The notes under the pieces are model-generated. The model made no database searches. It had not been told where the DNA came from and saw nothing but the letters and a program-made list of their open reading frames with translations. A program made the translations under genes and the position numbers. Source: Gammaproteobacteria bacterium (GTDB taxonomy: Bacteria > Pseudomonadota > Gammaproteobacteria > Ga0077554 > Ga007554). Taken from it: DNA of 46,404 nucleotides. This document shows, piece by piece, positions 31,709-43,041 of the stretch (its first letter is position 1; each line of letters starts with the position of its first letter). The stretch is taken from the NCBI GenBank assembly GCA_020053945.1, contig JAGVME010000032.1, forward strand, positions 1 through 46,404, read 5' to 3'.

Positions 31709-32088
31709 AATGATGATAATCAACGCTGAGCCAAAATGGTTGCCCTGAGGAACCGAATAAATTTAACCCATGCAAAATTAACTACTTTTAAATCAGCACC
31801 TCAGGATCATTCAACAATTTATCTTAAGCAATAGTTTAGCATGTTGCCTACCTTCGGCTGGATCATTTCCAACGCCTGAGGCAAAGGCAAGCCACCGCGA
31901 TGAGGCGAAACTTCAATTATTTTTAAGGGTTATGCATTTTTTAAAATTCGCATCTGGCTAAAGTATAACCGCTTTCTGCCGCTAACCTAATCAAGAGTAT
32001 TTCTTTGACCTCCTTAATATTAGAATTTACTAACACTAAGAGAGTTGCCTTTAGCCGCAGATGGGCGCTACTCATACCAGGATAGATA

Positions 32089-33105
32089 ATGCAGAATCTC
32101 AGCAAAAAACTATTGATGTGGCTACCGGGATGCATTTTGCTGGCGTTCAATACGGCATCCCTGGCCGCAGATTTTTCTTTTAACTGGACACGTCAGACTT
32201 CCCCCTCCTTTAATTTCGGCTATCTCAACTGTAACCGGGGAGATGGATCCAGTAATTGCGGCCTGGGTTTCGGCAGCGATGCCGACAAAACACCGTTCCT
32301 TCAAGAAGAAGTCACCATTGGCGGGGTAAATTATTTTCATGTGATCATAGGCGCCACGGATAGCGCCGGTAATCCCATCAACCCAACCACAGACAATCTG
32401 TCGACAATTCCCTTTGCCCAGGAAGTCTTCATCCAAATCCAGTCGGGCACCGACTGTAATGCTACCGCCTGCTCTTTCAGCGGTGGGGATATACAATCAG
32501 GCTTTGGTGGGGGGGGCAGCGGTGATGATCCTTTACGTAACAATGTGGCCTTTACCGGCAACGCTACTGGCTTTCCTACCCGCATGGGAATGAAACAAGT
32601 AATCAATGAATCTGATATGGCGCAAACTTTCCTTAAGCACAGCCTTGCCCTTAAACCCAAAATCACGCAAACCATCACCACCGCTGACATGGTAGCCAAC
32701 TTCGGCCTGGATATGACCAACAGTAATTACAGCACCAATACTACCCCCGGGCTGATCACTAATACCGTTACCTTGATCGGCGCCAACGCTGGCATACAGG
32801 GCAATTTCGATGCCACTGCCGCCGCTACAAATTTCACTACGGCCAATGCGCAAATCTCCAACATCACCGGTGGACGCTATACCTATGTTGCAGGCTCGGG
32901 TTGGAATGGCATGACGACAACATTCACGCCCGGCACCTACACATACGTAGATAATGGCAGCGCTAATTTGACGACGCTGGACTGGAACGCGTTCCGCTCA
33001 CCGACAGATAATTTTATGCGGTTCGGCACTACCCCTGGAACCCGTCTGCGGGGAGGAAGTGACTGCAAGAGCGGCGGAGCGACAACGCCTCCCGCTGGCT
33101 GCTAA
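32089..33105 (+). CDS. Hypothetical secreted protein (Gly/Thr/Asn-rich, 6 Cys in the mature region)
   Basis: Signal peptide ending SLA-A, RBS agga; no family recognised. Confidence 0.75.
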   Translation: MQNLSKKLLMWLPGCILLAFNTASLAADFSFNWTRQTSPSFNFGYLNCNRGDGSSNCGLGFGSDADKTPFLQEEVTIGGVNYFHVIIGATDSAGNPINPTTDNLSTIPFAQEVFIQIQSGTDCNATACSFSGGDIQSGFGGGGSGDDPLRNNVAFTGNATGFPTRMGMKQVINESDMAQTFLKHSLALKPKITQTITTADMVANFGLDMTNSNYSTNTTPGLITNTVTLIGANAGIQGNFDATAAATNFTTANAQISNITGGRYTYVAGSGWNGMTTTFTPGTYTYVDNGSANLTTLDWNAFRSPTDNFMRFGTTPGTRLRGGSDCKSGGATTPPAGC

Positions 33106-33173
33106 ATCGCACATCCATCAGCATGACGGGAAAGCTGAATCCGACGGATGGAGATTAACCGGGCAAAGCTAAC

Positions 33174-33698
33174 TCAATGAGGTGGTTTCTGCATTAATTT
33201 GTCAGTGTAGGCCATGGCCACGGCCGACACCACGAAGGTAAGGTGGATGATCACTTGCCATTGCATGGTTTTTTCATCAAGGTGTGGGGCATTGATAAAA
33301 GTTTTGAGGAGGTGAATGGAGGAAATGCCAATTAAAGCCATGGAGAGTTTGATCTTCATGGTACTGGCGTTGACATGGCCCAGCCATTCGGGATGATCAG
33401 GATGGTCTTCTTTATAAAGCCGTGAAACAAATGTTTCATATCCGCCAATAATTACCATAATCAATAAATTGGCGATCATCACCACATCAATCAAGCCCAA
33501 CACGATGAGCATTATCTCGGTTTCACCGATAGTAGCGGTTTTCACTACAAGATGGGCAAGTTCTATCATGAAATGATAAACATAGACCCCTTGCGCGATG
33601 ATCAACCCCACGTAGAGGGGCGCTTGCAGCCAGCGGCTCCAGAAGATAAAGGTACGCAATAGATTCATTGATTGTGAGGAGGGAGCTTTATTTTCCAT
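33174..33698 (-). CDS. TIGR00645/UPF0114 (YqhA-like) membrane protein
   Basis: [30 protein letters not shown]. Confidence 0.88.
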   Translation of the reverse strand: MENKAPSSQSMNLLRTFIFWSRWLQAPLYVGLIIAQGVYVYHFMIELAHLVVKTATIGETEIMLIVLGLIDVVMIANLLIMVIIGGYETFVSRLYKEDHPDHPEWLGHVNASTMKIKLSMALIGISSIHLLKTFINAPHLDEKTMQWQVIIHLTFVVSAVAMAYTDKLMQKPPH

Positions 33699-33731
33699 AA
33701 AAATATTGTAGTGATTATCCTGTGGGTTTCG

Positions 33732-34748
33732 TCATTCTACCTTATTTGATGAGGCCCGCACCACCATATCCAACGCGGCCTGAAGCGCTGCCTCCAAGCT
33801 CCCGGTGTCAGCCTCGCCGGTTCCCGCCAGATCCAGCGCCGTGCCATGGTCCACGGAAGTACGAATCATCGGCAAGCCCAGCGTAATATTGATGGCGCGG
33901 CCAAAACCGGCGTATTTGAGCACCGGCAAGCCTTGGTCGTGGTACATTGCCAAGACGGCGTCTGCGGTTTGTAAATACTTGGGGATGAATAAAGTATCGG
34001 CCGGCAACGGGCCTGTAAGCCGCATCCCCACTCCCCGCAATTTTTCCAGCACAGGCGCAATAACCTGAACCTCTTCGGCGCCCAGGTGGCCGTTTTCGCC
34101 AGCATGGGGATTCAGCCCGCAGACTAAAATATGCGGGTCATCCACCCCCAGCCGGGCGCGCAGGTCATGGTGCAACACGCGCAACACCGCCTCCAGGCCC
34201 TGCGGGGTAATGGCGTCGGCCACATCGCGCAGCGGCAAGTGGGTGGTGGCTAGCGCCACCCGCAACCCGGGCACCGCCAGCATCATTACCACTTGCGGAG
34301 CCTGGGTAAAATCCGCCAAAAATTCCGTATGGCCGGTGAAGGCGATGCCCGCGTCATTAATAATGCTTTTTTGCACCGGCCCGGTAACCAAGGCATCACA
34401 CTGACCACCCAGGCACGCGGCACCCGCGACCCGCAATGTCTCCAGCACATACGGCGCGTTGGCCCGATTTAACTTGCCGCATTGCACAGGCGCGGCCAAG
34501 GGCACGGGCACTACCTTAAGCGTGCCAATACCGTGCTTTGTCCCCATCCGGCAACGCGACTGCATGGCATCGGCATCCAACACTTGTAATTGCAGCGGCA
34601 AGCCCAACTGCCGGGCACGCTGCGCCAGCAAATCAGGGTCGGCCACTACCACCAGCTCGGCATCCCACGGCCGCTGGGCGATGCCTATGCACAGGTCGGG
34701 GCCGATGCCGGCGGGTTCACCGGGGGTGAGGGCGATGCGGGGGATCAT
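33732..34748 (-). CDS. pdxA: 4-hydroxythreonine-4-phosphate dehydrogenase
   Basis: [33 protein letters not shown]. Confidence 0.96.
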   Translation of the reverse strand: MIPRIALTPGEPAGIGPDLCIGIAQRPWDAELVVVADPDLLAQRARQLGLPLQLQVLDADAMQSRCRMGTKHGIGTLKVVPVPLAAPVQCGKLNRANAPYVLETLRVAGAACLGGQCDALVTGPVQKSIINDAGIAFTGHTEFLADFTQAPQVVMMLAVPGLRVALATTHLPLRDVADAITPQGLEAVLRVLHHDLRARLGVDDPHILVCGLNPHAGENGHLGAEEVQVIAPVLEKLRGVGMRLTGPLPADTLFIPKYLQTADAVLAMYHDQGLPVLKYAGFGRAINITLGLPMIRTSVDHGTALDLAGTGEADTGSLEAALQAALDMVVRASSNKVE

Positions 34749-34809
34749 GGCTTAGGATTATCCTAAAAACATCAGTTGGAACCTACAGCGAGCGTCCATG
34801 TTTTTAGGA

Positions 34810-36162
34810 TTATGAAGCCGCACCATCAGTGCGATATTCCACATACGCTTCATCGCGCAGGCGCCGCAGCCAGTTTTGGTATTCTTCTTCGATCTTGCGG
34901 CTGCGTAACGCTTCCTGGGCCTGGTTACGCGTATACTCTTCAGTATTGTCATGCTCACGGCGTTCTTGCACCTGCACAATGTGCCAGCCAAATTCACTCT
35001 TGAATGGGGAGCTGACCTGTCCAGGTTGCAAGCCATTCATGGCCTCTTCAAAAGCGGGCACCATATCACCCGGGCTTACCCAATCCAGGCTACCGCCTTT
35101 TGCGGCGCTGATTGTGTCATCGGACACGCTACGCGCCAGTTCGGTGAAATCCTCGCCTTTTCTGATGCGTTGCGCCAACTGCTCCAAACGGATGCTGGCG
35201 TCATCGTCGGTAACCAGTTCAGAGGTGCGGATTAAAATATGCCGTGCCAAGGTTTGCGTGACCGTATGGCGCTTGCCGCCCCGGTAATCGAGCAGTTTAA
35301 TGATATGAAAACCGCTTGGGCTACGGATAATGCCGCTTAACGCCCCAACCTTCATGCTAAGCGCCTGGGCAGCGAATAATGAGGGTAATTGCCCCGCGCT
35401 CCGCCAGCCCAAATCACCGCCTTCGAGCGCCTGCTGGCCATCGGACACGGCGATTGCCGTTTCTTTAAAATCAGCGCCGCTTTCTGCCCCACTATCTACT
35501 TTGGCTTGCAATTTTTCGAGGACTTTTTCAGCTTTTCCCCGTGTCGCCTGCAATTGCTCAGGCGTGGCGGCTTCCGGCAAGGCGATTAAGATATGCCCCA
35601 AACGGTACTCGTCGTCTGATTTGCCTTGGCGTGCCTGCGCGGCAAGAAACTGTGAAACTTCCTGGTCCGTCACGGCGACGCGGCTATCTACCTGACGCTG
35701 GCGTAGCCGTGTGACCGTAATCTCGTCACGGATGTCTTCGCGGAATTTATCAAAACTGAAACCATCTTTTTCAAGCACGGCGCGAAATTCGGTTAATGAC
35801 AATTTATTTTGCGCGGCAATCCTGTTAATGGCCCGGTTCAATGTGTCATCATCCACGCGTATGCCCGTATTGGCGGCCAACTGCAACTGCAAACGGCTGG
35901 AAATCAACCGTTCCAGAACCTGTTTTTGCAAAACCTCCTCCGCCGGAGCGGGGGTGTTTTGCTGGCGCAATTGCTGTTTGATGACAAGCGTCCGGTCATC
36001 CAGCTCACTGCGCGTAATCACCGTATCATTGACGATAGCCACAATGCTGTCTATTTCCACCCGGGTGCCAGAGGGCGATGAAGAGGGGGCGGCCGCTATC
36101 GCCAGTGGGGACGCCAGTTGGGATAGTAGCAACGCCAAACCTAACAACATTTTCTGAATCAT
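34810..36162 (-). CDS. surA: Periplasmic chaperone/PPIase SurA
   Basis: IVAIVND.VIT, two parvulin domains (GGDLGW, GFHI; GGSLDW, FGWHI); lptD-surA-pdxA synteny. Confidence 0.93.
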   Translation of the reverse strand: MIQKMLLGLALLLSQLASPLAIAAAPSSSPSGTRVEIDSIVAIVNDTVITRSELDDRTLVIKQQLRQQNTPAPAEEVLQKQVLERLISSRLQLQLAANTGIRVDDDTLNRAINRIAAQNKLSLTEFRAVLEKDGFSFDKFREDIRDEITVTRLRQRQVDSRVAVTDQEVSQFLAAQARQGKSDDEYRLGHILIALPEAATPEQLQATRGKAEKVLEKLQAKVDSGAESGADFKETAIAVSDGQQALEGGDLGWRSAGQLPSLFAAQALSMKVGALSGIIRSPSGFHIIKLLDYRGGKRHTVTQTLARHILIRTSELVTDDDASIRLEQLAQRIRKGEDFTELARSVSDDTISAAKGGSLDWVSPGDMVPAFEEAMNGLQPGQVSSPFKSEFGWHIVQVQERREHDNTEEYTRNQAQEALRSRKIEEEYQNWLRRLRDEAYVEYRTDGAAS

Positions 36163-36181
36163 TTACTTTGAACCCTCTTCC

Positions 36182-36212
36182 TAACCCTCTCCCACCTTAC
36201 GGGAGGGGGTTA
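36182..36212. repeat. Palindromic intergenic repeat between lptD and surA
   Basis: taaccctctccc / gggagggggtta. Confidence 0.55.
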
Positions 36213-36233
36213 AATATATAATTGGACACTCGC

Positions 36234-38489
36234 TTAAGGCTCATCCTGATAGCCTAAAATACCACGTTCCAGCACCGTTCTAACGGATTGTCCGACACTC
36301 ATCAGGCCTTTGAGTTCCAATTGCATAAGCAGCGACCCGCTCATCTCCCCGGTTGAGGTCAGATTGCGGCGGTTGACTATGGTAAACGCCCAGCAGCAGC
36401 TATTATATTCCAATCCTGCCAGTGATTCTAAAATACGGTTGTCCGGCAAGGAATAATACCAGCGGCCGATGAAGTTCCACTGCCGGTGCAAGGGGAAAAA
36501 GGCCGATATGTCAACCTGGTCAGATTGATCGCGGCGGTACCGGTAAGCCAGGTTAAGAATACTGTTTTTATGCGGATTATATTTCATCTGCAGCGAGCCG
36601 CGTTCAATCTGTTCAAGGTACGGATTCCAGTAGGCATCCGCCGTGGCTCCCCAGTTGCGCGATAACGCGGCCGCGGCCTCTGCCACCACATCTGAAGAAG
36701 GGCGCGTTTCTATAGCGCCACCCGGAAACACCACTCGCCGGTCTTGAAAATAATAAATTTGCCCCAGGCTGAGCCGCATATACTCCACCCCACTGTCCTG
36801 CCCGAGGACCCGCGTGGTAAGCGCCGCACTGGCTTGATTGGCATCACCGACACGGTCCACCCCGCTAAAGCGATTGTCGCGAAACAGTTGTAAAAAATTA
36901 AAATCCATGACGCCGCTGTCAAATACCGGCAAAGCTGACTGGTCGCGGTAAGGTGCGTACAGATAAAAAAGGCGCGGTTCTAGGGTGTGCACTAAGGAGC
37001 CCTTCCCTTCCCCGTCACGGCCCCACGCCATATCACGCTCGAGAAAAAGGCCATTATCCAGCGTGACCACCGGCACAGTGCGTGTCAATGCGGAGGCTGT
37101 GCCGGGCGCGGGATTATTGAGGCCATAACGCGTATAGCGCAGGCTCACCCGGGGTATCACAAACCCTGCCGCACGCTGGAGCGGCCAACTCAGCTCAGGT
37201 TGTAAATCCAGGCGTGACCCGGTGAGGCGATCCTCCTGGTCGAAGCGTACCCATTCACTTTGCAGGCGATACGCCATCCCCGTATCAAACTGTGCTTCAT
37301 CCACCGGTTTATCATAGGTAAACACCATTTGTGGAACACGCCGATAAGGGCGCGCGGCTGAGGGCACGGTATTGTCCACCGGCTGAAAACCCTGCACGCG
37401 CCCCAGAAAATAAATATTTTCCCGCAGATAACTGAGGTCAAGACGGCGCTCCATATGGGTAACGCTGGCGATGTTCAAGCCACTGCCAAAATTACTCAGG
37501 TAATCTTTATCGGATACATAATTAAAAAGCAAATCGCTGTTCCAGTACGGCGTAAGATTAACCCTATGCTGGTAAGCGGCGGCCAGGCGATCTTTGCCGT
37601 ACAGCTTGTCGCCCGACAAATAGCCGACATTCATCTGCCCGCCGCTGCCACGGTTAAGGTAACGGAACTCCGTATCCACTAACACACCGCGCTCCGTCAT
37701 GATGCGCGGCGTAACGGTAGCGTCCCGGTGTGGCGCAAGGTTCAGGTAATAAGGGATACGCACATCGATGCCCGATAGCGATGAGGTACCAATCTGCGGA
37801 ATCAGAAATCCGGTTTTGCGCGCATTGGTAATCGGAAAAGAAATATACGGAATATATAAAAACGGCACGCCCATAAAGCGCACTGTGGCATTGTAGGCTT
37901 CACCCATACCGCTCTCTTGATCAAGCTTCACGCGCGGCGCTTTTAACAGCCAGGCTTCGCGGCCGGGGTCACAGGTGGTATAAGCCGCGCCTTTCAGCCG
38001 CGTTACGTTCGCATTATCCCTGATAACAACCCGGGCACTGCCGCGCGCATGCTGTTCCGCAAAACGAAACCGGGCATTATCAAAATGGCCTTTTTCGGTT
38101 TCCAGCTCCACAAAACCCGCATCACCCGTCACCTCCATCACATCACTTTGATAGTGGACATTGCCATTCGCCTCAGCGGTATCTTTGGCTTCATCATAAA
38201 TAACCGTATCCGCCGCCAGTTTCTCTGTCGCACGGCGCAGTAAAACATCACCGCTAAATACCGAAAGGCTATCATCGCGCATCACCGCGTTATCTGCATC
38301 CACCACCGTGGGGAACTTTTCTGGGGGAGAGGGGGTCAGGCTGCGCGGTTTGGGGGCGGCATGGGTATGGCATAACGCCCAGGAGGCCTCACTCGACAAA
38401 GGTGTGGCGGCAGAAACCGCGGTCATAGAAACCCATAGCCCAAAAAAAAGGCAGCATTGGCCTGCGCGTGTGGATAAAGGATAGTTCAC
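36234..38489 (-). CDS. lptD: LPS assembly protein LptD
   Basis: YTTC, RKTGFLIP, PYYLNLAP, TLEPRLFY, NRFSG.DR, YNSCCW. Confidence 0.93.
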   Translation of the reverse strand: MNYPLSTRAGQCCLFFGLWVSMTAVSAATPLSSEASWALCHTHAAPKPRSLTPSPPEKFPTVVDADNAVMRDDSLSVFSGDVLLRRATEKLAADTVIYDEAKDTAEANGNVHYQSDVMEVTGDAGFVELETEKGHFDNARFRFAEQHARGSARVVIRDNANVTRLKGAAYTTCDPGREAWLLKAPRVKLDQESGMGEAYNATVRFMGVPFLYIPYISFPITNARKTGFLIPQIGTSSLSGIDVRIPYYLNLAPHRDATVTPRIMTERGVLVDTEFRYLNRGSGGQMNVGYLSGDKLYGKDRLAAAYQHRVNLTPYWNSDLLFNYVSDKDYLSNFGSGLNIASVTHMERRLDLSYLRENIYFLGRVQGFQPVDNTVPSAARPYRRVPQMVFTYDKPVDEAQFDTGMAYRLQSEWVRFDQEDRLTGSRLDLQPELSWPLQRAAGFVIPRVSLRYTRYGLNNPAPGTASALTRTVPVVTLDNGLFLERDMAWGRDGEGKGSLVHTLEPRLFYLYAPYRDQSALPVFDSGVMDFNFLQLFRDNRFSGVDRVGDANQASAALTTRVLGQDSGVEYMRLSLGQIYYFQDRRVVFPGGAIETRPSSDVVAEAAAALSRNWGATADAYWNPYLEQIERGSLQMKYNPHKNSILNLAYRYRRDQSDQVDISAFFPLHRQWNFIGRWYYSLPDNRILESLAGLEYNSCCWAFTIVNRRNLTSTGEMSGSLLMQLELKGLMSVGQSVRTVLERGILGYQDEP

Positions 38490-38620
38490 AGTTCCGCCAT
38501 ATTGATTGGGAATGGACTTAAATTGGGCGGAATAAAATTAAACCTAGATTTTCCAATAGCCCTGTACTACGGCCGCACCAGGCGCTGAATCTGCGCGGTA
38601 AAAATTCAATTGCCAACTGC

Positions 38621-38734
38621 GCACGGGGAGTGGACCCCTCGCTACGCTCTCCCCGTGCTTGCTCAAGGGGGAGAATCACGATTCTCCCCCTTGAGAATCC
38701 CCCATCGCCTTGTCCCCGCAGCTTGCTGCGGGGA
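38621..38734. repeat. Cluster of three tandem palindromes between purF and lptD
   Basis: 38621-38658, 38662-38695 (16-bp arms), 38713-38734. Confidence 0.75.
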
Positions 38735-38808
38735 ATTTCAAGATTAAAAAAAACCTGTCACCGTAGAGTGACTACGCCTCCTCTTATTCTGGTGTGCCCC
38801 TGTCGGGC

Positions 38809-40326
38809 TTAGGATACATTATACAAATCAATCATGGACGCTTCGGCATCACGGATTTGCGCCATTTTATTCAAATCACTGCGGCGCTGTTCGAGATGGT
38901 CGAGATACTCTTTAGTCACATCCCCCGTCACATATTCACCCGTAAATACCGAGGCATCAAAACGCTCCAGCCGGGGATTGCCTTTGCGCACTGATTCTAT
39001 CAGGTCGGCAAGATCCTGGAATATTAAACGGTCGGCGCCAATTTCTGTCGCCACTTCCGCATCGCTTCGGCCATGGGCAATGAGCTCCACCGCAGCGGGC
39101 ATGTCAATACCATAAACATTGGGATAACGCACGGGCGGGGAGGCAGAAGCGAAATAGACCCTACGGGCACCTGCTTCACGCGCCATTTGAATTATTTGTT
39201 GCGAGGTGGTGCCGCGCACAATCGAATCATCGACCAATAACACATTTTTGCGCTTGAATTCGAGGGGGATCGGGTTAAGTTTCTGGCGCACGGACTTCTT
39301 GCGCTGCTTTTGTCCGGGCATGATGAAAGTGCGGCCAATGTAGCGGTTTTTAATAAATCCTTCCCGGTAATTTACATTGAGGCGATTGGCGAGTTGCAGC
39401 GCGGCGGTGCGGCTGGTATCCGGGATGGGGATGACAACGTCAATGTCATGATCCGGCCATTCGCGGAGGATTTTATCGGCAAGTTTGTCGCCCATCCGCA
39501 GGCGCGCTTTATATACCGATACGTCATCAATAATCGAATCCGGGCGCGCCAGATAAACATATTCAAAAATACAGGGCGTATACACCGGAGCGTCTGCGCA
39601 TTGGTGTGTATGCAAACGGCCTTCCAGATCCACCGTAACAGCTTCACCTGGGGCAATGTCGCGGATACGCTGAAAGCCCAACGCATCGAGGGCGACACTT
39701 TCAGAGGCGATCATATATTCCGCGCCGACGTCGGTATCACGCTTGCCAAATACGACCGGGCGTATGCCATAGGGATCGCGGAAGCCCACAATGCCATACC
39801 CTGCAATTAATACCACCACGGCATAGCTACCGCGGCAACGGCGGTGCACACCCGCCACCGCATTGAAAATATCACGCTCACTTATTTTGAGTTTGCCTTG
39901 CGCCTGTAATTCATGGGCGAAAATATTCAGCAGGATTTCAGTGTCGGAATCCGTGTTGATGTGGCGGCGGTCTTCAATGAAGAGCTCTTGCTTAAGTTGC
40001 GGGGCATTGGTCAGGTTGCCGTTATGCGCAAGCGCGATGCCAAACGGTGAATTGACATAAAAAGGTTGCGCCTCGGCAGAGTTAGAACGTCCGGCGGTAG
40101 GGTAGCGTGTATGCCCAATGCCCATGTTACCGCGCAAATTCATCATGTGCCGTGAACGGAACACATCCCGCACCAGGCCGTTATCCTTGCGTAGATAAAA
40201 CTTGCCGTTGGCATCACACGTAACGATGCCTGCGGCGTCTTGCCCGCGATGTTGCAGCACGGTGAGCCCGTCATACAGGGACTGATTAACATTGCTGGTG
40301 GCGATGATACCGATAATGGCGCACAT
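38809..40326 (-). CDS. purF: Amidophosphoribosyltransferase
   Basis: N-terminal Cys, [23 protein letters not shown]. Confidence 0.97.
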   Translation of the reverse strand: MCAIIGIIATSNVNQSLYDGLTVLQHRGQDAAGIVTCDANGKFYLRKDNGLVRDVFRSRHMMNLRGNMGIGHTRYPTAGRSNSAEAQPFYVNSPFGIALAHNGNLTNAPQLKQELFIEDRRHINTDSDTEILLNIFAHELQAQGKLKISERDIFNAVAGVHRRCRGSYAVVVLIAGYGIVGFRDPYGIRPVVFGKRDTDVGAEYMIASESVALDALGFQRIRDIAPGEAVTVDLEGRLHTHQCADAPVYTPCIFEYVYLARPDSIIDDVSVYKARLRMGDKLADKILREWPDHDIDVVIPIPDTSRTAALQLANRLNVNYREGFIKNRYIGRTFIMPGQKQRKKSVRQKLNPIPLEFKRKNVLLVDDSIVRGTTSQQIIQMAREAGARRVYFASASPPVRYPNVYGIDMPAAVELIAHGRSDAEVATEIGADRLIFQDLADLIESVRKGNPRLERFDASVFTGEYVTGDVTKEYLDHLEQRRSDLNKMAQIRDAEASMIDLYNVS

Positions 40327-40370
40327 GGGGGGGTTACCTACTGTTGTAAACCAGGATGGTCCGAAATAAT

Positions 40371-40871
40371 TTAACGGTGGAATCTTTCAATAAAACTACG
40401 CGCGGCGCCGTGCGGCAACACGTCGCCCACCCATACCAGCAGCGTTTGAAAATAATCGACAAATATAGAGGCTTCCCACCACGGCGCGCGCACCAGGGGT
40501 GTCACATTCATTAGCATCACCAGCACGGCAATGATAACCACGCCACGCGCCAACCCAAAAAACATGCCGATGGAGCGGTCGAGGCTGCTCAGGCCGGTTT
40601 TGCGTACCAACTTGCTAATGATGTAGCTAATGACCCCGCCAAGGACCAAAGTCACCAAAAAAAGAATCACAAATGACATCACCAGCCGCGGCGAGGATGC
40701 CGTTATGACATCAACAAAAAGATCGGCAAGTTTAGGCGTATATTCGAGCGCCACCCAGAACGCCAGCACCCATACCAATAGCGACAATACTTCGCGGACA
40801 AAACCGCGCAACACACCCACCAGCACGGAAAGGCTGATGATGGCGAAAATGGAAATGTCGACCCAACTCAT
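40371..40871 (-). CDS. cvpA: Colicin V production protein CvpA
   Basis: [20 protein letters not shown]; upstream of purF. Confidence 0.9.
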   Translation of the reverse strand: MSWVDISIFAIISLSVLVGVLRGFVREVLSLLVWVLAFWVALEYTPKLADLFVDVITASSPRLVMSFVILFLVTLVLGGVISYIISKLVRKTGLSSLDRSIGMFFGLARGVVIIAVLVMLMNVTPLVRAPWWEASIFVDYFQTLLVWVGDVLPHGAARSFIERFHR

Positions 40872-41179
40872 GTCCAATTCACGCCTGGCTCTAAGCATGA
40901 AGCTGGCGCATCATTGCGCCCCGTAGTCACTATCCATGGATACCGCAAAAAATCACCCTGCATTTAAAACAATCAAATACCGTATTGCTGTGCACTGACC
41001 ACAATGCCCACGTGCGCTGAAAACGATTTTTTAGCCCACTGAAAAACCCTTATTTTAGCAAATTGCGCACGATTTGACAAAGAAAGGAAACCACTGACGA
41101 AGGGATTATGGGAATCCCTAAAAATTCGATCGCCGTGCAGAGGATCACACGCGATAAGCCAATAGTTACAAAGGCTTGT

Positions 41180-41259
41180 GCCCTTCTAATCGGCAGCCCC
41201 AAAGTTGCGCCGCTTCGCTATGCAGCTTTGGGGCCTGCGAATTGACGGACTTGTCAGGC
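41180..41259 (-). other. Degenerate integron attC-like site
   Basis: The minus strand reads GCCTGACAAGTCCGTCAATTCG..., overlapping the arsM stop. Inner palindrome ccccaaagctgc/gcaactttgggg; no R' GTTRRRY box. Confidence 0.45.
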
Positions 41260-42286
41260 GGCTTTGATCGCCTCAATGGTGGCCGATACCACGTATTCCG
41301 TGATATCCGTTCCTGGCGCCCAATCCCGGATGAATGATTTACTTTCGTCTTTTGGGGCTACGCATAATTCTGTAAATCCACTCGCCCGCAACATTGCTTC
41401 GACTTCCGATACCCTGGAAGCACCGGCCATACAGCCTGTGTAAAGCGCCCTATCATGCCGGACCGCCTCCGGCAACTCGGCGAAGGCGACGATATCCGAA
41501 ATTGCCAACCGCCCCCTCCGGCTTCAAGACCCGATACGCCTCACTGAATACACGGGACTTATCGGGCGAGAGATTGATGACACAGTTTGAAATAATCACA
41601 TCGACGGTGTCATCCGCCACGGGTAAGCGCTCGATTTCGCCGAGGCGGAATTCAACGTTCTGGTAGACGCTCTTTTCCGCGTTATCCCGCGCCTTAGAAA
41701 CCATCTCAGGCGTCATGTCGACGCCGATCACATGGCCTAAATCGCCTACCTGACGCACGGCAAGAAAGCAGTCGAACCCTGGGCCGCTGCCAAGATCAAG
41801 CACCGTTTCGCCGGGCTTCAGGTTTGCTATCGCCTGCGGGTTACCGCACCCCAACCCCATGTTCGCGCCCGCAGGCACAGAATGGATATCCTCGGCGGTG
41901 TACCCGAGCCGCTGTGACACGGTAGCAGTGTTGACCAGCGGCGCATCGCAGCACCCCTGGCCAGCGCCACACCCCGCATCCCCCGCCGCCACGCGGCCAT
42001 ATTGTTGGCGCACAGCCTGACGTACGCTGTCGTTTGAAAAACTATCTCCATTTTTCGAGATAACGACGCTTATTTCTTCTGGCAGTGGGCTACTGGTGCA
42101 GGCAGAAGGTGAAGTGCTTGCTTGAACTGGCGCAGTACCACAACCGCAGCCTTCTGCGCCGATGGCTTTCGCTTCGGCATCTTTGACGCAACAAGCCACG
42201 ACACCCACGGGTGCCGGTCCACCACAACATCCTTCTCCCGTCGATACTGCGTTGTCATCTTTTTTCGGTTGCTTTAACGTGCTCAT
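41254..42286 (-). pseudogene. arsM: Arsenite S-adenosylmethyltransferase, split by a +1 frameshift
   Basis: GLGCGNP, LDLGSGPG.D, ISNCVINL, then AISDIV..YTGCMAGA in the next frame. One extra G in a G5 run (plus-strand C5 at 41512-41516). Confidence 0.8.
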
Positions 42287-42330
42287 AATGTCTCCTGTCG
42301 TTTAGGGATATGCCATACCTCATATCTAAA

Positions 42331-42355
42331 GACGGGGATGCAGCGAAAAAGACGC
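42331..42355 (-). promoter_or_regulatory. Candidate ECF-sigma promoter for arsM
   Basis: Minus strand GCGTC-N16-CGTC; CGTC is a common ECF -10 core. Confidence 0.35.
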
Positions 42356-42365
42356 AAATATTCGA

Positions 42366-42902
42366 TCAATCGCAGCCGCACTTGCGGTTTTTGTCGCGCG
42401 GCTCATACCCGGTGATGCCACCGCGTCCGGTTTCTATATCACAGCACTCCAGCAAACGCTGACGTAGCTTTTCGCGTCCGCGTTGTACCCTGGATTTTGC
42501 TCCGGAGAGGGAAATACCCAGACGGGTGGCCACCTCTTTCTGGGGCAAGCCCTCCACCTCTGATAATACAAGGGCTGATTGGTAAATCTCTGGAAGATCC
42601 GCGATCAACGGCTGAAGGCAGGTCGCCAACTCGGCGACATAATCACGCTCTGGCTCCGGTGCAGCAAGTTCATCAGGAAGCTCATGCCACGGTTTGAGCG
42701 ACCGGTAGTGGTCGGCAATGGCGTTTGCGGCAATACGGAACAACCAGGCGGCGATGCTACCCGGTGATTTGACTGTATGCAGGCTCGTATGCGCCTTGAC
42801 GAACACCTCTTGGAGAATGTCGTCGACGGCATCGTGTTCTCGTACGCGTTGGGCAATATAGCCACGTAACCGGGCCTTGTATTCTTGCCAGAAATCAGGC
42901 AT
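42366..42902 (-). CDS. sigZ: ECF RNA polymerase sigma factor, SigZ-like
   Basis: DDILQEVFVK, WLFRIA.N, SGAKSRVQRGR, LLECC; start could be further upstream (up to 43007). Confidence 0.8.
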   Translation of the reverse strand: MPDFWQEYKARLRGYIAQRVREHDAVDDILQEVFVKAHTSLHTVKSPGSIAAWLFRIAANAIADHYRSLKPWHELPDELAAPEPERDYVAELATCLQPLIADLPEIYQSALVLSEVEGLPQKEVATRLGISLSGAKSRVQRGREKLRQRLLECCDIETGRGGITGYEPRDKNRKCGCD

Positions 42903-43041
42903 CGTCTTGGCGCTGTCATTGTGGGTGATGCTGCTTTTGACTCCTTTCACTGAGGCCTTTGCGGTCTTCATGGGTTTTAAGAAACGGGTCGATCTTGTGG
43001 CTGACACGGTCGAGCTTTTCTTTTGGGGACGCGTTGTTTAT

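Noticed and set aside
31870-31915. c-di-GMP-I riboswitch
   Set aside because: GGCAA-like start only; no GAAA-tetraloop stem and no GACGCAAAG junction
34525-34580. Repeat-derived insertion in pdxA ([13 protein letters not shown])
   Set aside because: Falls in a variable loop and does not align with the 51-bp unit
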